Assembly: GCA_051313645.2 (NCBI GenBank)
Contig: JBNRSN020000012.1
Coordinates: 177,444,001 to 177,508,000, forward strand
DNA: 64,000 nt
Reading direction: 5' to 3'
Source: Centroscyllium fabricii
Lineage: Eukaryota
The notes beneath the pieces are model-generated. The model saw only the letters and a list, made by a program, of their open reading frames with translations. It had not been told where the DNA came from and searched no databases. Position numbers and translations under genes: made by a program. Below, in pieces: positions 36,997-50,200 of this stretch. The stretch's first letter is position 1. Every line of letters starts with the position of its first letter.

Positions 36997-39900
36997 TGTG
37001 GTAACCCATATTGTATATACGATTACCACTGTAATATTGTCGCCAACATTGGCTTTGTATGATACACCGCTTTGTAACACTGTCGTGGAGCCAGGTCAGC
37101 CACACCTCTAACTCCTCCCCCAGGTGAGTCCTTTATAGGTGAGGACTGACCGGGGCTCCCTCATTCTGTTCTGATGTTCGTTCGGAGGGCAGCTCCAAAG
37201 TAAGTTAATAAAAGCCTATAGTTACGGTAACTATTCGTCTAGTCTTTTATTAAGACAAATTGACGATACGTCAATTTTATTAACTTAAAAATTTTGAAAT
37301 GGAGAGCGGCGCGGTAAAGCCAGAGAAACTGGACATCAGTCCACAGGACCCAGCCGCCGCCACCACGTTCGAACACTGGTTCGGTCTCCTGGAGGCCTAT
37401 ATGGACGCCGCCAAGGCTACAACCGACGAGAACAAATTGCAGGTTCTCCGGACTAGGATCTCCAGCCGAGTATTCTCCCTCATCCGAGACGCCAAAACCT
37501 ACCCAGGGGCAGTGGAAAAGCTGAGGAAATGCTACGAGCGCCCGGTCCATTCGGTCTACGCCAGACATGTGCTCGCGACCAGACCACAACTATTGGGTGA
37601 GACTAATGAACAATTTGAGCAAGCGCTCCAGGCCCTGGTACGGGTCTGTGGCTGCCAAGCCCGGACAGCAGAAGAGGAGGCGAATCTCCTCATCCGAGAT
37701 GCGTATGTAACTGGCCTGAGGTGCGTGGAAGCCCGCCAGCGGCTGCTCGAAAAGGACTCTTTGACTCTTGAGGAGGCGATCTCCATAGCTAACTCCGTTG
37801 AAGGAGCACGCAATAAGCTGCAGGCGTACAGCGGCACAAACCCGCAGGCCTATGACATGTGGGCTGCGCCACAACGGGCCCAGGCCTGGGCAGCACCACA
37901 ACGGGTCGAGACCCCCACGATGGCTGCGACAGCCGCAAAGGACAAACGATGCTATTTCTGCGGCCAGGGACTGCACCCACGAGCGAGATGCCCAGCGAGG
38001 ACCGCGACCTGTGAGAGGTGCTCCAAAAAGGGACACTATGCGAAGGCCTGCAGATCAGCACCAGCAGCGCCCAACTCCAGGTACAGCAGCGCAGCCTGTG
38101 AATGCTCCGTCAGACCTCAGGTAAGCTGCAATAGCAGCGCGATCCAGCGACGGTCCGGGGGTAGAAGGAAAGCGCCCCCATCTCCCACCCTGATGCGGCA
38201 AAACCCGGCCAAGCGCGACCCCCCAACGCCAGCAGCAGACCCAGCGCGGCCCGCTGCGTGCGAATCACGGGCACCGCCAACCCAACCACTGCGGCTCGCT
38301 GCGTGCGAACCACGGGCACCGCCAACCCAGTCACCGCGGCCCGCTGCGTGCGAACCACGGGCGCCGCCAGCGCGCTCATAGCGGTCAGCCGCGTGCGAAC
38401 CACAGGCACCGCCATCTCGTCTCCAGCGGCCCACCATGTGCGACCCCCCGGCGCCGCCATCTTGTCTCCAGCGGCCCGCCATGTGCGACCCCTCGGCGCC
38501 GCCATTTTGTCTCCAGGGCCCCACCATGTGCGAGCTAGGGGCGCCGCCATTTTGTGTACAGCCCCAACCAGCAGGGGGCCCCCACACACAAAGGCACACT
38601 TCGGCCTCAGCCATACCCAAAGTGGACCAGGCTAGGCCACACAACCTTTCTAACTCAATCATGCCGATTAAAATTAACGGCCATATTACCATTTGCCTGT
38701 TTGACACTGGAAGCACGGAGAGTTTTATACACCCCGATACAGCGCAGCGCTATTGGCTGCAGATCCTGCCCACGAACTACCAAGTCTCCCTTGCTTCGAA
38801 GTCCCACACCGCGGACGTCACCGGCTACTGCTCCGTCACGCTCACGGTCAAGGGTTGCGTGTACCGTAATTTTAAATTGTACACCCTCAAGCAGTTGTGT
38901 GCCCCAGCCTTACTAGGTCTGGATTTCCAGTGCCACCTCAAGAGCGTGACAATGGAGTTCGGCGGGACCTTGCCCCCCATCACCGTCAGTAGCCGGGACA
39001 GTCCCTTCCCAAAGCGGAGCCCGGCCTGCGGCCTCTCCACCCTGAAAATCGACCCCCCATCACTGTTCGCCAACCTCGACCCCAAGTGCAAACCTATTGC
39101 TACAAAGAGTCGGCGGTACAGTGTGGGGGATCGCACGTTTATCAGGTCGGAGGTCAGGCGTATGCTGAAGGAGGGGATAATTGAAGCCAGCACCAGCCCC
39201 TGGCGGGCCCAGGTAGTAGTGGTGAAGTCTGGCGAGAAACAGCGGCTGGTTATCGATTACAGCCAGACTATCAACCGCGACACCGGGCTCGACGCCTACC
39301 CCCTCCCCCGCATCTCGGACATGGTCAATCAGTTCGCCCAATATAAGGTGTTCTCCACGATCGACCTTAAGTCGGCGTATCACCAACTCCCGATCCGGAA
39401 AGCCGACCGCCCGTACACCGCCTTCGAGGCGAACGGTCGGCTCTACCACTTCCTCCGTGTCCCCTTCGGCATGACCAACGGAGTGTCAGTGTTCCAACGG
39501 GAGATGGACCGCATGGTTGACCAGAACGAGTTGCGGGCCACTTTCCCTTACCTGGACAACGTGACCATCTGCGGCCATGACCAGCAGGACCACGATGCCA
39601 ATCTGGCCAAATTCCTTGACACGGCAGATAAGCTGGACCTTACGTATAACAAGGACAAATGTGTCTTTAATACAGACCGGCTCGCCATCCTCGGATACGT
39701 GGTGGAGAACAGGGTCCTCGGCCCCGACCGACAGCGTATGCGCCCCCTACAAGAACTGCCCCTACCTCACAACCCCAAAGCCTTGAGGAGATGCCCAGGA
39801 TTTTTCTCCTACTACGCACAATGGGTCCCACAGTTCGCGGACAAGGCTAGACCACTCCTCAAGGCTGCCGTTTTCCCCTCTCGGTAGAAGCCCAAACGGC

Positions 39901-41827
39901 ATTCGCCCGGATAAAGGAAGACATCATCAAGGCGACCATGCTCGCTATTGATGAATCCATTCCCTTCCAGGTGGAGAGCGACGCTTTGGACTTTGCCCTT
40001 GCTGCCACCCTGAATCAGGCAGGCAGGCCCGTATCGTTTTTCTCCCGCACCCTGCAGGGACCCGAAACTCACCACTCTGCAGTGGAAAAGGAGGCCCAGG
40101 CCATCGTGGAGGCCGTGCGCTACTGGCGTCATTACCTGGCCGGTAAGCGTTTTACCCTTCTTAACGACCAACGGTCGGTGGCGTTTATGTTTAATAATAA
40201 ACAGAAGGGTAAGATCAAGAATGATAAGATCCTGCGGTGGCAGATCGAACTCTCGACTTACGAGTACGACATTCTTTACCGACCAGGTAAACTCAATGAA
40301 CCCCCGGACGCACTGTCCAGGGGAACGTACGCCAGTGCCCAGCTAGACTGGCTGAAGGACCTCCACGACCGCCTTTGCCACCCGGGTGTCACCAGACTCG
40401 CCCACTTTGTTAGATCCCGTAGCCTCCCCTACTCCATCACGGAGATCAAGGCTATGACCCGAGAGTGCCTTGTTTGCGCCGAGTGCAAACCCCAATTTTT
40501 CCGGCCAGACACGGTGCACCTCATTAAGGCCACCCGCCCCTTTGAACGTCTAAGCGTGGACTTCAAAGGCCCCCTCCCCACCACCGACCGCAACTCATAC
40601 TTCCTCACGGTCGTAGATGAGTTCTCCCGCTTCCCCTTCGCCTTCCCCTGCGCAGATATGACGAGCGCAACTGTGATAAAACACTTCACCACGCTGTTCG
40701 CCATTTGCGGTCTCCCCAGCTACATCCATAGCGACCGGGGGTCATCGTTCATGAGCGATGAACTGCGTCAGTTTCTGCTCCAGAAAGGGGTTGCCACGAG
40801 CAGAACGACCAGTTATAACCCCCGGGGGAACGGCCAGGTAGAAAGGGAGAATGGGATCATCTGGAAGGCGTTCACCCTGGCCCTGAAGTCCAGAGGCCTT
40901 CCAGTGGCCCATTGGCAGGCAGTCCTCCCAGATGCGCTGCATTCAATACGCTCTCTCCTGTGCACAGCCACTAACGCCACCCCTCATGACTTGATTTTTT
41001 CCTTCCCCAGGAAGTCGACTTCGGGGACAGCTCTTCCTCCATGGCTCACGACACCGGGGCCGGTCTTCCTTAGGAGACACGTCCGTGGCCACAAGACCGA
41101 CCCCCTGGTGGACAAGGTGCAGCTCCTGCACGCGAATCCGCAATATGCCTTCGTGCAGTTCCCGGACGGGCGCGATGACACCGTATCCATCAGGGACCTG
41201 GCGCCCGCCGGGAGCACCACAGCAGAGCCCCTGGACGGGCAGCAGCCCGCCCAGCCACAGTATCTAGAACACCCCCTACGTCTACGATGGCCTCCGAGGT
41301 TTCCAGAGCCCCAGCCGTGGCCAGCCCAAGACCACCATTCCGATGGCTCGGACCAATTGAGACCACCAGCATCCGAAATCACGGCACCAGAGCCGCTGTC
41401 ACCACCACCGGACTCGCGCAGTACGGAACACGATGAACCTTTATCGGAGCCCCGGCGGTCCTCCAGGCTGACACGACTGCCGGACAAGCTCAAAATGAAC
41501 TGCTGTGTCCATTCACCCCGCCGGACTTAAAATTTTCAAGAAGGGGTGAATGTGGTAACCCATATTGTATATACGATTACCACTGTAATATTGTCGCCAA
41601 CATTGGCTTTGTATGATACACCGCTTTGTAACACTGTCGTGGAGCCAGGTCAGCCACACCTCTAACTCCTCCCCCAGGTGAGGCCTTTATAGGTGAGGAC
41701 TGACCGGGGCTCCCTCATTCTGTTCTGATGTTCGTTCGGAGGGTAGCTCCAAAGTAAGTTAATAAAAGCCTATAGTTACGGTAACTACTCGTCTAGTCTT
41801 TTATTAAGACAAATTGACGATACGTCA
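36997..41827 (+). mobile_element. Element F: full-length Mag-like Gypsy retrotransposon nested in the RNase H of D; close relative of E
   Basis: LTRs 36997-37273 and 41551-41827. Perfect TSD CCCTG. ORFs 37299-38381, 38436-39887, 39938-41530. Confidence 0.94.
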
Positions 41828-43255
41828 CCCTGCTCACCGACCAATGGTCGGTGGCGTTTATGTTTAATAATAAACAACGGGGTAAGATCAAGAATGATAA
41901 GATCCTGCGGTGGCGGATCGAGCTCTCGACTTACAAGTACGACATTCTTTACCGTCCAGGCAAACTCAATGAACCCCCGGACATACTGTCCAGGTGAACA
42001 TGCGCCAGCGCCCAGCTTGACCGGCTGAAGGCCCTCCACGATCACCTCTGCCACCCGGGTGTCACCAGACTTGCCCACTTCGTCAAATCCCGTAGCCTCC
42101 CCTACTCCATCACGGAGATAAAGGCTATGACCAAAGAGTGCCCTGTCTGTGCCGAGTGCAAACCCAAATTTTACAGGCCAGACACGGCGCACATCATCAA
42201 GGCCACCCGCCCCTTTTAACACCTGAGCGTGGCCTTCAAAGGCCCCCTCCCCTCCACTGACCGCAACTCGTATTTCCTCAAGGTCATTGACGAGTTCTCA
42301 CGCTTCCGCTTCGCCTTCCCCTGCCTAGACATGATGAGCGCAACGGTGATCAAACACTTCACCACGCTGTTCGCCATTTTCGGTCTCCCCAGCTACATCC
42401 ATAGTGACCGGGGTTCGTCGTTCATGAGCGACGAACTGCGTCAGTTTCTGCTTCAGAAAGGGGTTGCCTCAAGCAGAACGACCAGTTACAACCCCCGGGG
42501 GAACGGCCAGGTAGAAAGGGAGAACGGGACCATCTGGAAGGCGGTCAACCCGGGCCTGAAGTCCGGATGCCTTCCAGTTTCCCGTTGGCAGGCGGTCCTC
42601 CCAGACGCGCTCCATGCCATCCACTCTCTGTTGTGTACCACTACTAATTCAACACCTCACGACCTGTTATTTTCCTTCCCCAGGAAGTCGACTTCGGGGA
42701 CAGCACTCCCGCTGTGGCTCACAGCGCAGGGGCCGGTGTTGCTTAGGAAACACGTCCGCGGCCACAAGACCGATCCCCTGGTGGAACGGGTGCACCTGCT
42801 CCATGCCAACCCGCAGTATGCTTACGTGACATTCCCGGACGGGCGCGAGGACACAGTCTCGATCAGGGACCTGGTGCCCGCCGGGAGCACTAGGGCAGAA
42901 CCCCCGGTCGAGCCTCAGCCCGACCATCCGCCACCCACCGAATACTGGCCCCCATACATACACACACCGGGGCCCTCAACACCACCGATCAACGACCCGG
43001 GATCGGACACCGCACCGCCGGCACCGTTGGCGGAGAGCCCGATCCCGGCCCTGCAACCGGCACCACCACCGTTAGCAGGTCCTCGAGGCATACGCGACCG
43101 CCAGAGAGACTAATAGCGCAGTGCTGATTGCGTCTAACGGACATATTAAAAAAAAAAAAATTCTCTTCTTCTTCTCTCGTTCACCCCGCCGGACTTGTTT
43201 TTAAAGAAGGGGTGAATGTGGTAACCGTAATTACCAGTGTATATATATGGATGTG

Positions 43256-43650
43256 GTGGCACAGTGGTTAGCATTGTTGCCTCACAGCACTGGAGACCCG
43301 GGTACAAATCCAGCCTCGGGTACTATCTGTGTGGAGTTTGCACATTCTCCCCGTGTCTGCGTGGGTTTCCTCCGGGTGCTCCGGTTTCCTCCCACAGTCC
43401 AAAGATGTGCGGGTTAGGTTGATTGGCCATGATAAATTGACCCTTAGTGTTAGGGGGATTGAATATGTGGGGTTACGGGGATAGGGTGGGATATGTGTTG
43501 ATGGAGGCTCGATAGGGATCGAGGGATATGGGGAGAGGGCAGGGGCGGGATACTGGGTTTGGATGATCAGCCATGATCTCATTGAAGGGCGGAGCAGGCT
43601 CGAAGGGCCGAATGGCCTACTCCTGCTCCTAGTTTCTATGTTTCTATGTT
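43256..43650 (+). mobile_element. V-SINE (HE1-like) with CR1-type 3' tail, inserted in the 3' LTR of D
   Basis: tRNA head (GTGGCACAGTGG, B-box-like GGGTACAAATCC); V-domain GTGTGGAGTTTGCACATTCTCCCC...CCTCCCACAGTCCAAAGA; tail GGCCGAATGGCCTACTCCTGCTCC plus TTTCTATG repeats. Absent from the 5' LTR of D. Confidence 0.92.
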
Positions 43651-44719
43651 CACCTTCAACTCTGTACATTGTGTGCAAGGCCAGGTCAGCCACACCTCTA
43701 ACTCCTCCCCTCAGGTTGGAGCATATAGTTGAGGGCTGCCCTGCCCCTGCTCATTCTCGCCTTGAACTCGACAGGAGCCTAGCTCCATTGTAAGTGAATA
43801 AAAGCCTGTAGTTTAGGTAACTACTCGTCTTTCATGTTTGATTGACGATACGTCACTCCCCTCGCTCCGCAGTATTCCACGGGAGAGATGTATCGACCCC
43901 TGGGCCCTAACTCCTCCTCATATCCAGACCCCTGCCTCTACTGCAGCTGAACTTGAACCAAAACACATCTCTCAATCACTTTTTTGGGGGATGTCCCTGA
44001 GCAGACAAAATTGTTTGAACCCGTGTTCATTTTTCACACGCCTTTTTGGACTTAAAGAAGAAGTTATCTAATCAAGTCCCCGCCTACCGCACCCCCCCTC
44101 CCTCCCACATCCTCGCAGCCGGACTTTTGCATTAGTACAATACTGTTAATTGCCCAAGCAATAATGCGAAAGAGATGTTTCAATATGGCCGAGAATAATG
44201 CTTCTGCTCACCGCCTCCCCACCCTCGCTCGCCGGCTAATCGTAATTGTAAGCATATGATTAGGGAGCGCTGTCACCAGTTTTGATTCAAGCTAGTGCCT
44301 CCCATAGAAAGTAATAACTGTATATGACATCGTCCTCGAGTGCTCCAGCAAGGCATGTCAAATCGAAATTCTGGCATTGGATCAAAGAAGCAGTGAAGTT
44401 GTTAACAGCACAGGGACACATATTATAAATATCACCCTCTCTAGGATTTTATTTACTGTAGGTTTGGGGCTGAAACTTTGAAAAGTACCTTGTCAACTCA
44501 CTCTTGGGGTTCCTTAACGGATAAGTAACCTCTCACCAATTAGCCTGTGTGTCGTGCCTGAGGTGAGTCTCCCAACAAATAACAGGACTCTTGAAACTAT
44601 TTCAGTAATAGTAAATATCCCCAAACAAAGACAAATCAAAATGAATCCCTGAACAGGAAATGGGGTTTTGATTCGAGCTTTGTGAAGGGAATGTCAGAGT
44701 TATTCCCGAGCAGTCTGCC

Positions 44720-44751
44720 TGCACCTCCTAGTGGCCGATTTAGGAGCTGCA
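44720..44751 (-). promoter_or_regulatory. Candidate CTCF site with upstream motif
   Basis: Minus strand TGCAGCTCC-TAAAT-CGGCCACTAGGAGGTGCA: a core resembling TGGCCACCAGGGGGCGC, preceded by a TGCAG upstream motif at a 5-nt spacer, in non-repetitive DNA. Confidence 0.6.
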
Positions 44752-44835
44752 TTGTCAAGGGCCTGTAAGCAGGCAGAGGCCATTTTGTGTCGAGCAGAAC
44801 TGTTTGGGCATCTTTAAAAATGTCAGTGTCTTATG

Positions 44836-46980
44836 TGATGCGCAAATCAATCACGCCAGTCTTTGGTGAAAAGTAATTGAAGGCTTTTATTAGCTAAGAA
44901 CTAGACCTGGTCCGCGATGAGTCCGCCCGGAATGAGAGTCAGGTGGGCGGAGCATCCTCCTTTATACTCATACCCGGAGGCGGGGTCAGCTGGTCCAGAT
45001 CCTTACAGAAAAGAACAGATTTATTAGCACAAACTATATACAATAATAGCACAGTGTGAACCACACTAAATGGTTCACCACATTCACCCCTTCCTTAAAA
45101 AACAAGTCCCGCGGGGCGAATATCAGCACTGCGTTATCAGTCTTTGAGGAGGTCAAACAGTCCGAGAAGATCTGCGAAGCAGTGGTGATTCACATGAATA
45201 GGCGTGAGTAGTCGCAATCGAAAAAGACGCTGATGGGGCTCCCGACGTGAACAGGGACTCCACCAGTGGAAGAGGAGGCTCATGCGCAGGAAGATCTGGT
45301 GGAGGTGTAGCAGCCGCCGGAAGAGTAGGTTGAGCAGCGTGATGAACTCCGTCGTGCATTGTAGGTGACAAGGACCCCGATGTAGTGTGCGCCGGTGAAT
45401 TAAAAGAAGGCCCCTGTTGTGGAAGTGCGACCTGGCAGGGCAAGGGCTCCGCCAACAACTCCACGTGAACGTCTCCAGCGGGCGCGAGGTCCCTAATCAA
45501 GACGGTATCCTCACGCCCGTCTGGGTACTCCACGTAAGCATACTGAGGGTTGGCATGCAGCAGGCGCACACGTTCAACAAGGGGGTCCATCTTGTGCCCA
45601 CGGGCATGATTCCGAAGCAGAACCGGCCCCGGGTTGGTAAGCCACGTAGGCAGAGACGTCCCCGAAGTCGATTTCCTGTGGAAAGAGAAGAGTCTCTCGT
45701 GAGGAGTGCAACCGGTAGCTGTACACAAAAGGGAACGAGTAGCGTGGAGCGCATTCTGGAGGACCTCCTGCCAGTGGGAGGTTGGAAGGCTTTTGGATCG
45801 AAGGGCCAGAGCAATGGCCTTCCAGATGGTCCCATTATAACGTTCTACCTGCCCATTCCCCCGGGGGTTGTAACTGGTCGTTCTGCACGAGGCAACCCCC
45901 CTCGCGAGCAGAAAATTACGCAGTTCGTCGCTCATAAATGAGGACCCCTCGTCGCTGTGTACGAAGCTGGGGAGGCCGAAAATGGCGAATAGGGTGATAA
46001 AATGCTTTATAACTGTTGCACTCGTCATATCTGGGCATGGGAATGCAAAAGGGAAACGGGAGAACTCGTCGACCACAGTGAGGATGTACGAGTTACGATT
46101 GGTAGAGGGGAGGGGACCTTTGAAGTCCACGCTCAGGCGCTCGAATGGGCGGGTGGACGGGAGATGGACCGAATGGTCGACCCCCGGGTGGCAGAGGTCA
46201 TTGTGCAGGGTTTGGAGACGTTCACGTGGAGTTGTTGGTGGAGCCCTTGCCCTCCCAGGTCGCATGTCCACAACAGGGGCCTTCTTTTGGGAGTGGGAAG
46301 GAGGTAGCTCTGAGGAGAGGCCGGGCCTTATCAGCATAATACGAGAAAAACCCCAGGCATCTCCTCAAAGATTTGGGGGAGTGCAGCAGGGGCAGCTCCT
46401 GAAGGGGGCGCATACGTTCGGGGTCGGGGCCGAGGACCCCATTCTCAATTACGTAGCCGAGGTTAGCCAACCGGTTAGAGTTGAAAACACACTAATCCTC
46501 ATTGTAAGTGAGGTTCAGACGCTGGGCCGTACGGAGAAACCTGTCCAAATTGGCATGGCCGCAGATCGTGACATTGTCCAAATACGGGAATGTGGCCTGC
46601 AAATGGTAATGGTCAACCATTCGGTCCATCTCCCGTTGGAAGACCGAAACTCCGTTGGTAACCCCAAAGGAGACCCGGAGGAAGTGAAAAAGGTCGATGG
46701 TGGAGAAGACCTTATACTGAGCAATCTGGTTGACCATATCATTTATCCTAGGAAGCGGATAAGCGTCGAGCCCAGTGTAGCGGTTAATGGTCTGACTATA
46801 GTCAATGACCATGCGCTGTTTGTTGCCCGACTTAACCACTACCACCTGGGCCCGCCACGGGCTGTTACTGGCCTCGATGATGCCCTCCCGCAACAACCGG
46901 GCAACCTCTGCCTTAATAAAGATGCGGTCCCCCGCGCTGTATCGCCTACTCTTAGTTGCAATGGGCTTGCAGTCAGGGTC
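44836..46980 (-). mobile_element. Element G: 5'-truncated, internally deleted and rearranged Mag-like Gypsy element, same subfamily as J
   Basis: 3' LTR 44836-45082 and PPT; integrase 45153-46150; RT fragment 46300-46980. Closely similar to 60900-63870. Confidence 0.9.
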
Positions 46981-47208
46981 AATTTATCATGGCCAATCAA
47001 CCTAACCCGCACATCTTTTAACTCTTGTGCAACGGAATCAGTTGATTGGCGGCGGGGTTGGAAATTGTGCTGCGTGATATTAGTAAGATGTGTTAACTCA
47101 CTTGTACAAATACATTAAAACATTTGTTCAAATGCAGGGAAAGAAATTTGGTGGGACCGAAATTGGCGATTTAACACCGGCCCGTTAGTGCTAATCGGGT
47201 GCTACAGA

Positions 47209-50200
47209 TGTGGTAACCGTATTACCACTTGTATATAGTTACATGTATAGTTGCGGGTGCATTGGCAGGACTTGTACACTGTGGGGTCACTTATGTATAG
47301 ATACTGTATGTAAGGCCAGGTCAGCCACACCTCTAACTCCTCCCCTCAGGTGGGAGCTTATAGGTAAGGTCTGCCCTGCCCCCGTTCATTCTCGCCTTGT
47401 GCTCAACGGAGACTAGCTCCATTATAAAGTTAATAAAAGCCTGTAGGTAACTACTCGTCTTTTGTATTATTGACGATATGTCAATTTTATTAACATTATT
47501 TATAAAATGGAGAGTAATGCAGTGAAACCGGACAGACTGGATATAAATCCACAAGAACCAGACGCTGCTAACGATTTCGAACATTGGTTCGGCCTAGTCG
47601 AGGCCTACATGAAGGCCGCAAAGGCAACGAGCGACAGGGACAAACTGCAGGTCCTCTCATCAAGAATCAGCAGCCGGGTGTATTCCTTCATCTGCGGCCT
47701 CACGACATACACGGAGACGGTGAAAAAGTTGAAGGACTGCTACTTGCGCCCGGTCCACTCGGTCTATGCCAGCCATGTACTGCTGACCAGACAACAGCGA
47801 CTCAACGAGTCGAATGAACAATTCCTTTTAGCGCTTCAAGACCTCGCACGGGCCTGCAACTGCCAGCCAAGAACGGCGCAGGAGGAGATGAATCTCCTCG
47901 TATGGGATGCATATTTGGCTGGAATCAGGTCCAATCAGGCCCGCCAGCGGCTGCTGGAAAAGGACACTCTGTCGCTGGAAGAGGCGATCTCGATTTCGAA
48001 TGCGGTGGACGGAGCGCGCCGCAAGCTAGAGGCGTATGGCGGACAAGACCCACATGATACCCTCGATCCCTGGGCGCCACCATGATGGGTCGAGACCCCC
48101 ACGATGGCAGCGGCAGCTGCGAAGACGCCGGCAGGGCGAAAGTGCTACTTATGCGGCCAGGGACAGCACCCGCGAGAGCAATGCCCCGCGAGTAGCGCGA
48201 CCTGCGAGCGGTGCACCAAAAAGGGACACTACGCCAGAGCTTGCAAGTCGACCCCAGCGTCCAGCTCCAGACCCAACAGCGCGGCCTGCGAGAACTCCAA
48301 CGCCATCCCATGGCCTAAGGTAACATGTTGCAGCGCGACCCAGCAGCGGTCCGGGGGTATATCGCGGGCGCTTCAGTCCCCCATATCTGTACGGCCATGT
48401 GCGACCCCCGGCACCGCCATCTTGTCCACCGCGGTCAGCCGCGTGCGAACCACGGGTGCCGCCATTTTGTCCTCAACAGCTGGACTCAAACGTGCTGCCA
48501 GCGCCGCCATCTTGTGAGCGGCGATCCTGCCAACTGCCCAGGCTGGGGCCCCAGCTAGCGAGGGCCCCCATACACACACAGACACCTCGGCCTCAGCCAT
48601 TGTTGACCAGGCTAGGTCGTACACCCTATCAAATTCTATGATGGCGATTAAAGTGGACGGGCACATTACTAACTGCCTGTTCGACACCGGAAGCACAGAG
48701 AGCTTCAACCACCCCGACACAGTGCGGCGCTACGTACTGCAGACCCAGCCCACGCACTACCAAATGCTCCCTCACGGTCAGGGACTGCGTGTACCGCAAT
48801 TTCAAGCTGTACATCCTCCAGCAGTTGTGCGCCCCAGTCTTACTGGGACTGGATTTCCAGTGCCACCTGAAGAGCGTGACAATGGAGTTCGGCGTGACCC
48901 TGGCCCCCCTCACCGTCAGTAGCCGGGACAATCCCTTCTTAAAGCGGAGCCCGACTTGCGGCCTGTCCACCCTGAAAGTCGACCCCCCCTCGCTGTTCGC
49001 CAAACTCGACCCCAATTGCAAACCTATTGCTACGAAGAGTCGGCGTTACAGTGCAGGGGACTGGGCATTTATCAGGTCGGAAGTCGGGCGTATGCTGCAA
49101 GAGGGGATAATTGAGGCCACCACCAGCCCCTGGCGGGCCCAGGTCTTAGTGGTTAAGACCAGCGAGAAACTGCGCATGGTCATTGACTACAGCCAGACGA
49201 TTAACCGCCACACCGGGCTCGACGTCTATTCCCTTCCACGCATCTCGGGTATGGTTAACCAGATCGCCCAGTACAAGGTCTTTTCAACAATCGACCTCAA
49301 GTCGGCGTATCTCCAACTCCCGATCCGGAAATCTGACCGCCAGTACACCGCCTTTGAGGCAAATGGCCGGCTCTACCACTTCCTCCGGGTCCCCTTCGGC
49401 GTGACTAACGGAGTGTCGGTATTCCAAAGGGAGATGGACCGTATGGTTGACCAGAACGGGTTGCAGGCCACCATCCCCTACCTGGACAACGAGACTGTGG
49501 TGATATTGAAACTTCCGGCAGAAAGTCGAATGAACTCTGCACATGTATTTCCTGTGACATCATTTCCTTTTTACATGTCACTTCCTGTATAAATGTCACT
49601 TCCTGTTTAGTGGTATAAGTTCTGCTGCTATCCAGTCTGGGATGATGCTTCCCGTGTAAGCATGTGAAACTCTAACTCTGTAAATCGTTGATTAAAGCTT
49701 TGCTTAGAGTTGTTCATGTGTAGGTCTCTTTTGTCACATCAGTGACCATCTGCGGCCATGAACAGCAGGACCACGATGCCAACCTTGCCAAATTTCTGCA
49801 CACGGCGAAACGGCTAGATCTCACGTACAATAAAGACAAGTGTGTCTTTAGTACAGATCGGCTCGCTATCCTCGGATACTTGGTGGAAAACGGGGTCCTC
49901 GGCCCCGACCCACAGCGTATGCGTCCCTTACAGGAACTGCCCCTACCTCACAACCCCAAAGCCCTGAGGAGATGTCTGGGATTTTTTTCCTATTACGCAC
50001 AATGGGTCCCCCAGTACGCAGATAAGGCCAGACCTCTCCTCAAGGCAGACGTCTTCACCCTCTCGGTAGAAGCCCAAACAGCATTCGCCCGGATTAAGGA
50101 AGACATTATCAAGGCGACCCTGCACGCCGTTGATGAGTCCATCCCTTTCCAGGTGGAGAGTGATGCTTCGGACTTTGCCCTTGCCGCCACCCTGAACCAG

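Larger units (their letters stand above)
29054..43855 (+). mobile_element. Element D: Mag-like Gypsy retrotransposon hosting elements E and F and a V-SINE
   Basis: 5' LTR 29054-29299; 3' LTR 43217-43855 (SINE-interrupted). Perfect TSD CTCCC. Own pol pieces at 30285-31759, 36531-36996 and 41828-43130 are colinear. Confidence 0.93.

Noticed and set aside
41200-41550. Possible env gene or chromodomain after integrase
   Set aside because: Only a short Pro-rich tail ending in an RRSxR motif precedes the PPT in all copies.
31760-41827. E and F as a tandem duplication or assembly artefact
   Set aside because: They have distinct LTR U3 sequences, distinct perfect TSDs and many substitutions, so they are independent insertions.
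43256-43320. tRNA gene-like A/B boxes (also 61112 and 25790-25890)
   Set aside because: They are SINE heads followed by SINE body sequence, not complete tRNA cloverleaves.
45982-47118. 378-aa + strand ORF and many other antisense or alternate-frame ORFs over Gypsy pol
   Set aside because: Shadow frames of GC-rich pol sequence with no recognisable domains.
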